DNA of 64,000 bases from Candidatus Omnitrophota bacterium. Lineage in GTDB: Bacteria; Omnitrophota; Gorgyraeia; Zapsychrales; JANLHA01. This document shows, in pieces, positions 18,564-30,804 of this stretch (its first letter is position 1; each line of letters opens with the position of its first letter). A model generated the notes under the pieces. It was not told the DNA's origin, ran no database searches, and saw nothing but the letters and a program-made list of their open reading frames with translations. Position numbers and translations under genes: made by a program. Location of the stretch: NCBI GenBank assembly GCA_029560465.1, contig JAKQKX010000045.1:88260-152259 (forward strand), read 5' to 3'.

Positions 18564-20990
18564 CTATTGAGAAATGCGGACTTTCAGATAATGGCCTAAT
18601 TTATCAAAATATTCCACCCATCTTTTCGCGTTCTCATCCCCTAACTCGGCCCGGTTTTTCATATTGCGGTGCCGGTCTTTCCCGATGGAAAAATAAATAT
18701 TCTGCGCGCGCCATAAATCCAGGTTTAAATGCAAGGGGTTGCAAATGCGCAAAAACGATTCCACCATCTTCAGCGGGGCGATCTCGGAAGAATTCGCGTT
18801 GAATTCCTCCATCAGAGTGTTAATTTTCTTGCGGAGCATGAATTCGAGGGCGACGCGGTCAATCTCAAAAGACCATTCGATCACTTCAGAAACCAGCTGT
18901 TCCAATTTCTTAAAATCAGGCTCCTCGTCCCCGATCACATGCAACAGGTCGGTATTAAGCATGACCAACACGGTGTTGGCCAGGACTTTGGGAAGCGGGA
19001 TGTGCAGCTGTTTGATCACCTGGATGATCGGGTAATGGTGCTCGTTGATTTGCCGGAGGGAAACTTCAATCTCTTCAAGGGTGCTGTGCAGGATCTGATA
19101 TAAAATCTTGGTCTGTTCGTCTTTAAACAAATGCCACAGGGAATAATTGCCGCCGTCAAAATTTTGTTCGATCAGGTTGATCGTCCCCGTGATATCACCC
19201 CGGCGGAACGCCTCCTTGATGTCATGCTGCATCTTTAAGAAAACCTTTTCGTCCGTAAAAACCCTGACTCCGCCGATAATATTGTGGTCTCCCAGGTGCA
19301 GGACCGCGAACGTGATCACCTGTTCCTCCCACGTGATATCCGAACGGATCAGCGCCTTTCCAACGGCTAATTTGAATTTCCCGACCTCCAGGCGGTCATA
19401 TAACTGGTCAATCGCCGTATAACTATGGATGGTCGTGGTCTGGGCGTATTCCTCAAATAACGAAGACACCGCGTAATGGGCGGCAACACGGACCAAATCC
19501 AGGACCCTCGGCCTGACAAGCTGCTCATAGACATTCGCCCCATTCTTAAATTTTGGGATATTGCTCGGCGCCTTCTTCAGCAAGTTGAGGAAATGCTGTT
19601 CCAGGGCTACCGGGGTGATGTCATTCGCCAACTGGATAGACCGGGCGGCATACTGCAGGATCTGCACGGTTTCAATCCCCGACACCTCATCAAAAAACCA
19701 TCCGCAGCTGGTATACATCAACATCGCGTGCCGCTGAATTTCCATCAGCTTGAGCAATTTAATTTTTTCCTGCCGGTTCAGGTCTTTCCGGGCGTGCCGC
19801 GCCCAGAACGCCTCGATATTTTCCAAAGAACGATCCAGGACAACGTGAATATAATCATTCCGGGCCTGCCACGGGTCTTTGACCAACCCTTTGGTTTCCG
19901 CCTCGTAGAGCAGGATCAACTGATCGCGCAACCAGTCCAACGCCTCGCGCAACGGCTGCCGCCAGGCTTGCGTCCACCCCCCATGCATGCCGGAATGGCA
20001 GCCGCAATTCGTCCGCCACCGCTCAATCCCGTGGATACAACTCCAGGAAGAATTTTCATGAATCTCAACTTCATCCTCCGCCGGATGCCTTTCCAGGAAT
20101 TCACCGTAATTCGTGAATTCCGCCAGGTCATTGGCCCGGATATAATTAATACCATAAGCCAGCGCCATATCCCCGAGGTTGTGGTGATGCCCGTACGTTT
20201 CCCCATCCGTGGCAATGTGAACCAGTTGAACTTCGTCATGGGGGGACAACGCTCCGACAAGCCTTTTGGCAAGCGTTTCCCCGCTTTCCAACAAACGCTC
20301 GAACGCAATGCCGTGCGAAATGGGCCCGTCATAAAAGAACAAGGTGATGGTTTTCCCTGACGGCAACCGGCACAGGTAAGGCTTCCGGGGATTGATTTTG
20401 CCGTCACTGGCGTCCATCCATTTTTTGTCCCCCTTGCTTTTAACGCGCTTGGCCTGCCGTGGTGATAAAATCGTGAACGTGATGCCGTGCTGAACAAGAA
20501 GTTCCAGGGTTTCAAGATTAACCGCGGTCTCCGGAAGCCACATACCTTCCGGTTTGCGGCCGAAACGGTGCTCGAAATCCCGGACCCCCCAGAAGACCTG
20601 GGTGAACTTGTCCCGGGCGTTGGCCAGCGGCATGATCATATGGTTATAACACTGCGCCAAAGCTGAGCCGTGGCCGGAAAAACGGCTGCGGCTTTCAATG
20701 TCAGCCTGAACGATCGCCGCGTGGGTTTCCGGCTCATTGCGCTGCATCCAGGATAAAAGCGTGGGGCCGAAGTTGAAACTGATGCGGGAATAATTGTTGA
20801 CGATATCGATGATTTTCTTGTCTTGATCAAGAATGCGGGACGCCGTGTTGGTCGCGTAACATTCAGCCGTGATTCTCTGGTTCCAGTCGTGAAACGGATA
20901 CGCCGACTCCTGCATTTCAATTTCTTCCAGCCAGGGATTTTCCCTCGGTGGTTGATAAAAATGACCATGAATACACACATAACGGTTCAT
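18564..20990 (-). CDS. Glycoside hydrolase family 57 alpha-glucan-active enzyme (amylase, 4-alpha-glucanotransferase or branching-enzyme type)
   Basis: The N-terminus VCIHGHFYQPPRENPW is the GH57 signature. The protein is 808 aa. Confidence 0.85.
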   Translation of the reverse strand: MNRYVCIHGHFYQPPRENPWLEEIEMQESAYPFHDWNQRITAECYATNTASRILDQDKKIIDIVNNYSRISFNFGPTLLSWMQRNEPETHAAIVQADIESRSRFSGHGSALAQCYNHMIMPLANARDKFTQVFWGVRDFEHRFGRKPEGMWLPETAVNLETLELLVQHGITFTILSPRQAKRVKSKGDKKWMDASDGKINPRKPYLCRLPSGKTITLFFYDGPISHGIAFERLLESGETLAKRLVGALSPHDEVQLVHIATDGETYGHHHNLGDMALAYGINYIRANDLAEFTNYGEFLERHPAEDEVEIHENSSWSCIHGIERWRTNCGCHSGMHGGWTQAWRQPLREALDWLRDQLILLYEAETKGLVKDPWQARNDYIHVVLDRSLENIEAFWARHARKDLNRQEKIKLLKLMEIQRHAMLMYTSCGWFFDEVSGIETVQILQYAARSIQLANDITPVALEQHFLNLLKKAPSNIPKFKNGANVYEQLVRPRVLDLVRVAAHYAVSSLFEEYAQTTTIHSYTAIDQLYDRLEVGKFKLAVGKALIRSDITWEEQVITFAVLHLGDHNIIGGVRVFTDEKVFLKMQHDIKEAFRRGDITGTINLIEQNFDGGNYSLWHLFKDEQTKILYQILHSTLEEIEVSLRQINEHHYPIIQVIKQLHIPLPKVLANTVLVMLNTDLLHVIGDEEPDFKKLEQLVSEVIEWSFEIDRVALEFMLRKKINTLMEEFNANSSEIAPLKMVESFLRICNPLHLNLDLWRAQNIYFSIGKDRHRNMKNRAELGDENAKRWVEYFDKLGHYLKVRISQ

Positions 20991-21034
20991 GGATAGAACA
21001 TCCTTTCTTTATTGACAGCGCGCCCGAAGCGCGC

Positions 21035-22060
21035 TCAGTCCCGCAGGCGCATGGAGCCCTCTGTATACTCAACAATCTGCCGCATCATGGAAACACTCTC
21101 AACAGGGAAACGCCCGGCGGCGGTTTCGGCGGACAACATCACAAAATCCGTGCCATCGAGGATCGCGTTGGCCACATCACTGACTTCCGCCCGCGTCGGC
21201 CGTTTGTTTTCCGTCATGCTCTCGAGCATCTGCGTGGCCGTGATCGAATAGCGCTTTCTCCTGTTGCACCGGCGGATAATGCTTTTTTGAATAATGGGGA
21301 TTTTAAATATCGGCAAAGAAACGCCCAGGTCCCCACGGGCGACCATAATCCCGTCACAGGCGTCCATAATGGAATCCACGTTGCGCACGCCTTCCCGGTT
21401 TTCTATCTTGGCATAAATTTTGCAATGCGGGAGCGTTTTCTGCGCTAAACGGCGCACCCGCATAATATCCGCACGGTTGCGGACGAAAGACTGCGCGATA
21501 CAGTCGACCCTGTGCTGAAGGCCGAACGCCAAATCGTCCTGGTCTTTAGGGGTCAGGATATTCGCCTGCAGCTTTAAATCCGGGACATTAATCCCTTTTC
21601 GGGATTTCAGCTCCCCCCCGTGCTCGACACGAAGCTCAAGGCGGTCCTTCACGCACCGGATCACCTCAAGACAAATCAGACCGTCATCGATAAAAACGTC
21701 CATCCCCGGCTTGAAAACACGCAGATCGGCATCCAAGTCAAGCGGAATATCCCCGGGCCGCTGCTCTCGTTCGTGAGACATAAACACGGTCTGTCCGCGG
21801 CCCAAGACAAGGGGCTGATGAAGGATGCCCACCCGGATCCGGTACCCTTCCAAGTCCTGCAATATTTTTATCTGAAAGCCGTCACGCCGGTTGATATCCC
21901 GGACCGTCTCTATCAGCCGGGCGTGGTCGTCATGTTTCCCATGAGAAAAATTCAGCCGGGCCATATCCATGCCGTTCTGTGCCATGTGTAAAATTGTTTC
22001 CCGGGCCTGACTGGCAGGACCCAGCGTGCACACAATTCCGGTTTGACGTTTTAGTTTCAT
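21035..22060 (-). CDS. pyk: Pyruvate kinase, short form lacking the C-terminal regulatory domain
   Basis: GIVCTLGPAS...ARLNFSHG...KIENREGV...MVARGDLG...MLESM are PK barrel motifs. The protein is 341 aa. Confidence 0.8.
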   Translation of the reverse strand: MKLKRQTGIVCTLGPASQARETILHMAQNGMDMARLNFSHGKHDDHARLIETVRDINRRDGFQIKILQDLEGYRIRVGILHQPLVLGRGQTVFMSHEREQRPGDIPLDLDADLRVFKPGMDVFIDDGLICLEVIRCVKDRLELRVEHGGELKSRKGINVPDLKLQANILTPKDQDDLAFGLQHRVDCIAQSFVRNRADIMRVRRLAQKTLPHCKIYAKIENREGVRNVDSIMDACDGIMVARGDLGVSLPIFKIPIIQKSIIRRCNRRKRYSITATQMLESMTENKRPTRAEVSDVANAILDGTDFVMLSAETAAGRFPVESVSMMRQIVEYTEGSMRLRD

Positions 22061-22120
22061 GGGAGTCCCTCTCCTTAAAAAATGTCGGGTTTGATTAACG
22101 GGTTATTCTATCATAAATTT

Positions 22121-23821
22121 TTATTTGAGAAAAACGACGGAATTCCTGTCCTGCTCGCCGGATTCTTTGAAAATCTGCTGAACCCGCTCCAAAATATCGT
22201 CTGGAGGCATCTCTGAAGGAGGGGAAAAAACTCCCACAAGCAAGGTTATATCCCGGTGCGCGGGAATCTGCCGGGCGCCATGCTGGACCCGGGATACAAC
22301 GCTCTCGACCGCCTCGCCGGTCAAGTGAGGGGAGATCACCGCAAATTCATCCACAGCCAGCTGAAACACGGAATCAACATCCCGCAGGGTTTTCTTTAAA
22401 TACGCCTTCAGATTCCTTGTTAAAATCCGCGCCTGGGAATCTCCGAACGCATCAATATAAGCCTGGTAATTATGGACACGAATGATGAAGACGCAAAACC
22501 GGGTACGATACCGGTGGCTCCGGAGGCTCTCATACAATAACGCCTCTTTAAAGCCGCGATAATGTCCGACATCAATTTTCAGCGGCATGTCTTTCAGCAA
22601 GCTGATTTCTTGCAGGAGCCCGGCGTTGCCGAACAGCGGGCTCAACTGCTGGGCCAGTTGTGACAACATTTTAAAATCAAATTCATCAAAAGCCCGGCCG
22701 CTTTCGTGATCTGCCACGTTGATAACACCGATGATTTCTTCTTTATAATAAACCGGAACCGACATGAACGATTTTGTCGCGTATGTCGGGCGGTTTGAGC
22801 GGGCAAACCTGGGGTCGGCCTCAACATCCTTCACCAGGATGTCCATCCCCCCTTCTGCGACCCACCCCGCGATCGGATCCCCTTTCCCCAGGGACACCGC
22901 TTCAACAATGCGATGATCAAGGCCTTTATATCCCTGTATTTTGAGCCGCCCGGATACCGGGTCCAAGGACATCAAAGAGCATTTTTCCGCCTGCAGGATC
23001 CGGGCGACTTCCGAAACGATCATGGCGATCAGGATCCTCGGGTCACCGACGGAACGCATCCGGTCCTCAAAATCAAGGACATCCAGAAACCGCCGCCGGT
23101 CCGCCAGCCGCTTCTCCTGCTCCCGCCGGAGTTCCTGCCTCACATTATCTTCTTCCGTACTGTCGCGGAAATAAACGACAAAACTGATCAGCGCGCCTGG
23201 AAGGCTTCTGCGAGCCGACACGAGCCAGCACACATCCAAAGGAACCCGGTTTTTCTTCACCAAAATGGTGTGCCCCTCAAAACGATCTTCCCCTGCGTGG
23301 ATTCTTTTCAGAATATCCTGCGTGAGGTCCTTTCCCGAAGATAACAGGATCGTGTGCAAAAACCGGCCGGTCAAATCATCCGCTGAATACCCGGCTAATT
23401 TCTCGAATCCCTTATTGCAGGAGTCCATAAAACTGTTCGGCCTGCACATCACCGCGGCAACCGCCTCTTCCGCGGCTAAAGAGAACACCTCTTCAGGAGC
23501 GCCGCCCGGGACCGCCTGATACCGCAAACCCAGCAGGGCCAGCTGCCAGAGGATAATTAAAACTAACACGTGGTTCGCGGCGTCGCGGACCCAGCCCCCG
23601 CCATGGTATTGAAGGAGAAACCCCGCGGCCATCAACAGCGTGACGCCCCCCGTGACCGGGAGAAGGTGTTTCCTTGGAAGAAACAAAAAGCTGAAAAGGA
23701 CAACGCTCAGATAGACGCAGTTCACAGCGGCCCACGGGGACAAAAGATCCATCACAAACGAAACGATGCCGAAAAAGATCAGGCCAAAAACCTTCAAATT
23801 ATGAAGTTTTGTATGATCCAT
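22121..23821 (-). CDS. Membrane-anchored PAS-GAF protein with a C-terminal degenerate GGDEF domain in which the A-site is lost and the RxxD I-site is retained
   Basis: The N-terminus has TM helices. The C-terminal domain reads RDVDSVFQLAVDEFAVI, with AVDEF where GGDEF is expected and RDVD as the RxxD. Confidence 0.72.
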   Translation of the reverse strand: MDHTKLHNLKVFGLIFFGIVSFVMDLLSPWAAVNCVYLSVVLFSFLFLPRKHLLPVTGGVTLLMAAGFLLQYHGGGWVRDAANHVLVLIILWQLALLGLRYQAVPGGAPEEVFSLAAEEAVAAVMCRPNSFMDSCNKGFEKLAGYSADDLTGRFLHTILLSSGKDLTQDILKRIHAGEDRFEGHTILVKKNRVPLDVCWLVSARRSLPGALISFVVYFRDSTEEDNVRQELRREQEKRLADRRRFLDVLDFEDRMRSVGDPRILIAMIVSEVARILQAEKCSLMSLDPVSGRLKIQGYKGLDHRIVEAVSLGKGDPIAGWVAEGGMDILVKDVEADPRFARSNRPTYATKSFMSVPVYYKEEIIGVINVADHESGRAFDEFDFKMLSQLAQQLSPLFGNAGLLQEISLLKDMPLKIDVGHYRGFKEALLYESLRSHRYRTRFCVFIIRVHNYQAYIDAFGDSQARILTRNLKAYLKKTLRDVDSVFQLAVDEFAVISPHLTGEAVESVVSRVQHGARQIPAHRDITLLVGVFSPPSEMPPDDILERVQQIFKESGEQDRNSVVFLK

Positions 23822-23841
23822 AGCATCAACATCAGGGATAG

Positions 23842-25956
23842 TTACAAAATAATCCGGGCATCCACCGCGAAACTTCCCTCCTGATTACTCACAAGGGGAT
23901 TAATGTCAACTTCTTTGACAACGGAAGACAGTTTCTGCACCGCGCAGAGCGTCTGGATGATAGACTCCTTATGTGCTTTCATGCCCCTGAATCCGTCGAG
24001 GATCTTGCGGCTTTTGATTTCCTGAATCAGCCGGGCGGCTTCAACCGGCCCAAAGGGAACAACCCGGAAGGAAACATCTTTCAGGGCCTCCACAAAGACG
24101 CCGCCCAGCCCGAACATAACAACCGGGCCGAACTGCGCGTCCCGGCTCATGCCGACAATACATTCGATCCCCTGGACCATCTGGACCAGGTTGACCCCCA
24201 AGAGCTTGGCCTGGGGCTGAATCCGGGCGATATTGCCCATCATCCGCTCATATTTTTCCTTCAATTCCTCCGGAGTCTTGATATTGAGGACGACACCGCC
24301 CACATCGGTTTTATGCACGATGTCCGGGGACGCGATTTTCATGGCGAGAGGATACATCCCTTCGGCTTGTTTCAAGGCCTGTTCGATGGAACCCACAAAA
24401 GCCGAACGCGGTGTGGGAACCCCGCACGCCTGCATGACCTGACGGGCCTCATGCTCCATAAGGACCGTGCGACCTTCCGCTTTAACCTTCTCAATGATGC
24501 TCAAGGCTTCGGCCGGCGGGGGCTCAACCACAGGATTATCCTTGGGACGGACGGAAATATCTTTCCAGGAATAAAGGGCTTTCAACGCCGACACCGCTTC
24601 ATCAACAGCCCCAAACGCCGGGATCTGTCTTTCGTTAAGATACAGCAACGCCTCCCGGGACCGCCCTCCCCCCACCATGGTAACGATAAACGGCTTCTGA
24701 CGCCCTGACGCATCATATTCAGCGGCCAAGGCCTTGGCAATGGCCAAAGGATCGGTCACCGCCGTTTCACAGTAAAGGATAATCGCCGTGTGGATACGGT
24801 CTTCCATGAATGCGACCCGCGCGGCCCGGCTATACTGGTCCCCGTGCCCTTGGCCGGTGATATCAATCGGATTTTTTGTGCTGCCAAAATCCGGCATGGT
24901 GCTGCGGAATTTCTCTTCCAGCCAGGCCGGGTCATCTAAAAGGGCGATTCCAGCCGCTTCGCACTCATCCGTCGCGAAAACACCAATCCCCCCTCCGTTG
25001 GTGATGATGACCGCGTCCCGTCCTTTGGGACGCGGCAAAGAAAGCGTCCGCGACCAGTTGAAGGCTTCGGTAAAAGTGTCAGCGCGCAACATCCCCATCT
25101 GCCGGAACACCGCGTCATAAATCCCGTCGCTACCGGCTAACGAACCTGTGTGAGACGCCGCGGCCTTGGCTCCACGCCGGGAACGGCCCACCTTTAAAAC
25201 AACCACCGGTTTCTTGATGGCCGTCTTAAGAAAATCCTGCCCGTTTTTAAGCCCTTCCATGTAGATCACCACGACATCCACATTGCTATCGTTATTGAAA
25301 TATTCAATAAGATTCCGCTCTTCCACATCCACTTTATTGCCCAAATTAATCAACGCCGCCAGCCCGATCTTTTCCATCACGGTCCAGCCCATGAGAGCGA
25401 TCGCCAAAGCCCCGCTCTGGGAGATGAACGCGATTTTCCCCGGCAGGACACTTTTTGGCCCGAAGCTGGCGTTAAGATGGGACGGGGTATAAACGATGCC
25501 CAGGGTATTCGGGCCCAGGACAGCGATGCCGTTTTCGTCCGCGATCTGCTTGATCTGATCTTCCTCCGCCTTATTGCCCACTTCCGAGAACCCCGAGGTA
25601 ATGATCGAAATATTTTTGATGCCTTTGCGCGCGCAGTCCCGCATCGTTGACACCACCATCTTGGCCGGGATGGCAATAACAGCCAGGTCAATCTGGCCAG
25701 GAATATCCTGCACCGTCGGATACGTTTTCTGCCCCAAGATCACCTCTTCTTTAGGATTCACGGGCAAAATTTCTCCGGTAAACCCCGCTTCTATGACATT
25801 CTGCAGAATCTGAAACCCGATCTTCGCCGGATTCGCGGAAGCGCCGATGATCGCAACCCTCTGCGGATAAAAAACCCCTTTTAAATCCTTTAAAATTTGC
25901 CCCTCGCCTTCGTTTCCATTATGGTTCAGAGATGAATTGTGTTCAGCGGACATCAC
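23842..25956 (-). CDS. Acetyl-CoA synthetase (ADP-forming), a fused alpha/beta NDP-forming acyl-CoA synthetase
   Basis: A CoA-binding N-terminus (VAIIGASANPAKIGFQIL) is followed by a succinyl-CoA-synthetase-like ligase domain and a C-terminal ATP-grasp domain. The protein is 704 aa. Confidence 0.8.
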   Translation of the reverse strand: MMSAEHNSSLNHNGNEGEGQILKDLKGVFYPQRVAIIGASANPAKIGFQILQNVIEAGFTGEILPVNPKEEVILGQKTYPTVQDIPGQIDLAVIAIPAKMVVSTMRDCARKGIKNISIITSGFSEVGNKAEEDQIKQIADENGIAVLGPNTLGIVYTPSHLNASFGPKSVLPGKIAFISQSGALAIALMGWTVMEKIGLAALINLGNKVDVEERNLIEYFNNDSNVDVVVIYMEGLKNGQDFLKTAIKKPVVVLKVGRSRRGAKAAASHTGSLAGSDGIYDAVFRQMGMLRADTFTEAFNWSRTLSLPRPKGRDAVIITNGGGIGVFATDECEAAGIALLDDPAWLEEKFRSTMPDFGSTKNPIDITGQGHGDQYSRAARVAFMEDRIHTAIILYCETAVTDPLAIAKALAAEYDASGRQKPFIVTMVGGGRSREALLYLNERQIPAFGAVDEAVSALKALYSWKDISVRPKDNPVVEPPPAEALSIIEKVKAEGRTVLMEHEARQVMQACGVPTPRSAFVGSIEQALKQAEGMYPLAMKIASPDIVHKTDVGGVVLNIKTPEELKEKYERMMGNIARIQPQAKLLGVNLVQMVQGIECIVGMSRDAQFGPVVMFGLGGVFVEALKDVSFRVVPFGPVEAARLIQEIKSRKILDGFRGMKAHKESIIQTLCAVQKLSSVVKEVDINPLVSNQEGSFAVDARIIL

Positions 25957-26154
25957 GGACAGCCTTTCTATTAATATAATTATTAAAAGTAAAAATCGGA
26001 TTATTGTAACAAATAAAAGGGATTATGACAATGTCGTATTCATCTATTTCCCTGGGGAAACCCTTTATTCCCGGGGGGAACGGATAAAAAAGGAGGGGGA
26101 TTCCGCCTCACAGCCCTTGCCATCCTCAACCGGGCAGGCCGGATCAGCGTTGTC

Positions 26155-26189
26155 GGTTCAAAAAAGCCCTGGCCTTTGAAGGCCAGGGC
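26155..26189 (-). terminator. Rho-independent terminator downstream of the MscS gene
   Basis: The hairpin GCCCTGGCC-TTTGAA-GGCCAGGGC is followed on the minus strand by TTTTTT. Confidence 0.6.
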
Positions 26190-26201
26190 TTAAATCCCAA
26201 C

Positions 26202-27029
26202 TTACTTTCCATTATAAAGATGGACATCGCTCTGCGGGAAGGGGATGGTTATCCCGGCTTCCTGAAGGGCGAGCTTGCCTTTTTCCACGACATCAAAATA
26301 AACAGCCCAATAATCTCCGGGCTTCACCCAGGGACGGCAGACCAAATTGACGCTGCTTTCCCCCAATTCACTGACCGCGACAACAGGGGCCGGATCTTTC
26401 AGCACACGCGCATCAGACGCCACCAAATTCATCAGGACATCCTTGGCTTTCTTCATGTCATCACCGTAGGAAATGCCAAACTGCAAATCAACGCGCCGGT
26501 TTTCAATCGCGCTGAAATTCGTGATGCTCCCTCCTGTAATATGGCTGTTAGGGACAACAATCTTGCGGTTATCCGGGTGAGCCAACACAGTGTTGAAAAT
26601 CTGAATTTCCTTGACAGTCCCCATCTCGCCCGCGGCATTGATAAAATCTCCAACGCCAAACGGCTTGAATATCACCAGCATGACTCCGGCGGCAAAATTC
26701 GCCAAAGAGCCCTGCAACGCCAGGCCGACGGCCAAACCGGCGGCACCGATCACGGCCACCATCGAGGTGGTTTCCACGCCAAGCTTGTTTAAAGCCGCGA
26801 TAATGACAAAGACCATAATCCCCATAAAGGAAAGATGCTGGACAAACCCGGCCAATGTCACATCCACTTTGGCCTTAAGCATCAATTTTTTAACAAAGGT
26901 GGAAATAAAACTCGCGATGATACGCCCGACGAAGAAAATGACAATGGCGGCAACGATTCTGATGACATAGGTGACGGTCAGGGTCTGCAACTGATTAATG
27001 TCAACTTGCATACAGCCAACTCCTTTCAA
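26202..27029 (-). CDS. Small-conductance mechanosensitive channel (MscS family)
   Basis: Three TM helices, a conserved pore helix GxAxG-rich region (AAGLAVGLALQGSLANFAAGVMLV), and a beta domain. Confidence 0.85.
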   Translation of the reverse strand: MKGVGCMQVDINQLQTLTVTYVIRIVAAIVIFFVGRIIASFISTFVKKLMLKAKVDVTLAGFVQHLSFMGIMVFVIIAALNKLGVETTSMVAVIGAAGLAVGLALQGSLANFAAGVMLVIFKPFGVGDFINAAGEMGTVKEIQIFNTVLAHPDNRKIVVPNSHITGGSITNFSAIENRRVDLQFGISYGDDMKKAKDVLMNLVASDARVLKDPAPVVAVSELGESSVNLVCRPWVKPGDYWAVYFDVVEKGKLALQEAGITIPFPQSDVHLYNGK

Positions 27030-27212
27030 TAACGGGTTTTAAAATGGCTTCTAATAAAACTTGGCCCATCAGCACACCCCAGATGGTTCCGCCCGCAGCC
27101 TCATGAAAAAGCTGACAAGGCCGGGGCTTAGCCCTGTCCTGATATTTAACACTCTTTCCCCCCACGCGCAAGCTAAATATTCAGGACAATAGCCAAACAA
27201 ACCACCCCCGCA

Positions 27213-27250
27213 GCAAAAAAGACCGGTGGGGCTGCCCAGGCCCACCGGTC
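27213..27250 (-). terminator. Rho-independent terminator downstream of the AhpD-like gene
   Basis: The hairpin GACCGGTGGG-(10 nt)-CCCACCGGTC is followed on the minus strand by TTTTTTGCTG. Confidence 0.55.
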
Positions 27251-27303
27251 TTTCCATCACAAGACAACGTTTTCCTGATTTCCATTCCAGACAAAAACCA
27301 TAA

Positions 27304-27912
27304 TCACGCAACGGCCGGAAGTTCTTTATACGCCGGAAAGTCAACCGTCGTGCCGGCAATATGGTTAAAATAATTGGTAAAAATATTCAAAGCAACAAGG
27401 GCGATCAATTCCACCAGGGCCGCTTGGTTATACCCAGCGGCGAAAAACGCATCAAGTTTTTCCCGGGAAGGATGCCCCTGCGTCTCGACAACATCTTTCG
27501 CCAACCCCGTGACCGCTTTGAGCTTCGTGTCCCGGCTCGTTCCGGAACGCAACGCCCAGGTATCTTCTTCACTCAAGCCCGCCATCTTGGCCATCGCGGT
27601 GTGTGCCGCAAGGCAGTAACCGCAATGATTAACCTGAGCTATGCTCAAAGCAATAGCTTCTGTCTCTTGGGCATCAAACGCCCCGCTCTTGAGCGCCGCT
27701 GTGTGTTCCAGGAACGCTTTGAGCGCGACAGGAGAATGCGCTATGGTAGCGTAAATATTCGGAATCCTCAGGACTTTTTTCTTGATCCCATCCAGCAGCT
27801 CCTGAGCTTCCGGAGAAGCCTCTTCATAACGGATTGCTTCTAAGCGCGACATTTCACCCTCCTTCGTAAACGTTTTATCACATCTTGCCCTCGCGAGGGC
27901 ACGGTCAAACAC
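27304..27912 (-). CDS. Carboxymuconolactone decarboxylase / AhpD-like peroxidase-related protein
   Basis: The AhpD core motif with paired Cys (VNHCGYCLAAH). The protein is 202 aa. Confidence 0.75.
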   Translation of the reverse strand: MFDRALARARCDKTFTKEGEMSRLEAIRYEEASPEAQELLDGIKKKVLRIPNIYATIAHSPVALKAFLEHTAALKSGAFDAQETEAIALSIAQVNHCGYCLAAHTAMAKMAGLSEEDTWALRSGTSRDTKLKAVTGLAKDVVETQGHPSREKLDAFFAAGYNQAALVELIALVALNIFTNYFNHIAGTTVDFPAYKELPAVA

Positions 27913-27926
27913 ATATCCTTGGAGCG

Positions 27927-28853
27927 TTACTCTTCAAAAAGCCATGTCGACAGATAACGCTCCCCGCAGGATGGGAAAATCGTCACAATGGTCTTACCTT
28001 CGGCTTCAGGGCGTTTGGCGACCTGCGCAGCCGCCCACATCGCGGCCCCACTGGAAATCCCGGCCAGGATCCCTTCTTCCCGGGCGAGCCGCCGGGCCAT
28101 CACCCCGGCGTTCTCATGGGACACCAAAATAATTTCATCGATCATGTCCCGGTCGAGGACCTCGGGGATGAAACCCGCGCCGATCCCCTGAATTTTATGC
28201 GACCCAGGCGCTCCGCCGGACAAAACCGGGGATTCAACCGGTTCCAGGGCGATTGTCTTGATCGCCGGGTTCCGGCGCTTCAGCACTTCGGAGACGCCGG
28301 TGAAAGTCCCGCCGGTCCCGACGCCAGCGATAAAATAATCAACCGCGCCGTCCGTGTCAGCCCAAATTTCCTCGGCAGTCGTTTTCCGGTGAATCTCCGG
28401 GTTTGCGGGATTTTTAAACTGCTGCGGGATAAAACTGTTCTTCATTTGGCGAGCTAATTCCTCGGCCTTATCAATGGCCCCCTTCATCCCCAGGGCTCCC
28501 TCGGTCAAAATGACCTCCGCGCCCAGCCCTTTCAATAATTTCCTTCTCTCAGTGCTCATCGTGTCCGGCATGGTCAAAATCAAGCGGTAACCTTTCGCGG
28601 CTGCGACAAAGGCCAGGGCGATCCCGGTGTTGCCGCTGGTCGGCTCAATGATAATGGAATCCCGGCTTAACAAACCCTGCTTTTCCGCCGCTTCAATCAT
28701 CGCCACACCGATACGGTCTTTCACGCTCGATAAGGGGTTAAAAAACTCTAACTTGGCCAGGACCGTCGCATCCCCACCCCGGGTCAACTTATTGATCCGC
28801 ACTAAAGGCGTACCCCCGACGGTCTTGGTAATGTCCTCATAAATACGCGCCAT
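27927..28853 (-). CDS. cysK: Cysteine synthase A (O-acetylserine sulfhydrylase)
   Basis: TPLVRINKL is the N-terminal cue, and [10 protein letters not shown] marks the PLP-dependent fold. The protein is 308 aa. Confidence 0.9.
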   Translation of the reverse strand: MARIYEDITKTVGGTPLVRINKLTRGGDATVLAKLEFFNPLSSVKDRIGVAMIEAAEKQGLLSRDSIIIEPTSGNTGIALAFVAAAKGYRLILTMPDTMSTERRKLLKGLGAEVILTEGALGMKGAIDKAEELARQMKNSFIPQQFKNPANPEIHRKTTAEEIWADTDGAVDYFIAGVGTGGTFTGVSEVLKRRNPAIKTIALEPVESPVLSGGAPGSHKIQGIGAGFIPEVLDRDMIDEIILVSHENAGVMARRLAREEGILAGISSGAAMWAAAQVAKRPEAEGKTIVTIFPSCGERYLSTWLFEE

Positions 28854-28894
28854 AAAAACCTCCTCCCATCAATCACCCAAGCTGCGAACAAGGC

Positions 28895-30657
<1,763 letters not shown>

Positions 30658-30732
30658 CAGGCCCTCCTTTCTCTACTTTCCCGATAAGCTAAGTAGTAAT
30701 ACAAATTTAACACAAAAGCCCTAATTGTCAAG

Positions 30733-30744
30733 TAAATTAATTTA
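30733..30744. promoter_or_regulatory. Perfect 12-bp palindrome TAAATTAATTTA in the AT-rich leader of the Rrf2 gene. It is a candidate Rrf2 operator.
   Basis: Seen directly in the sequence, 76-87 nt upstream of the Rrf2 start. Confidence 0.3.
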
Positions 30745-30804
30745 CCTAATAATGAATTTGGTTAAAAAAGGGAGACCGCTCACCTTGGTGATTAAAGAAA
30801 GGGC

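Noticed and set aside
19476-20360. 294-aa plus-strand ORF
   Set aside because: It is antisense to the strongly supported GH57 gene. Its composition is R/P/G-rich and low-complexity with no motifs. It is a typical shadow ORF in GC-rich coding DNA.
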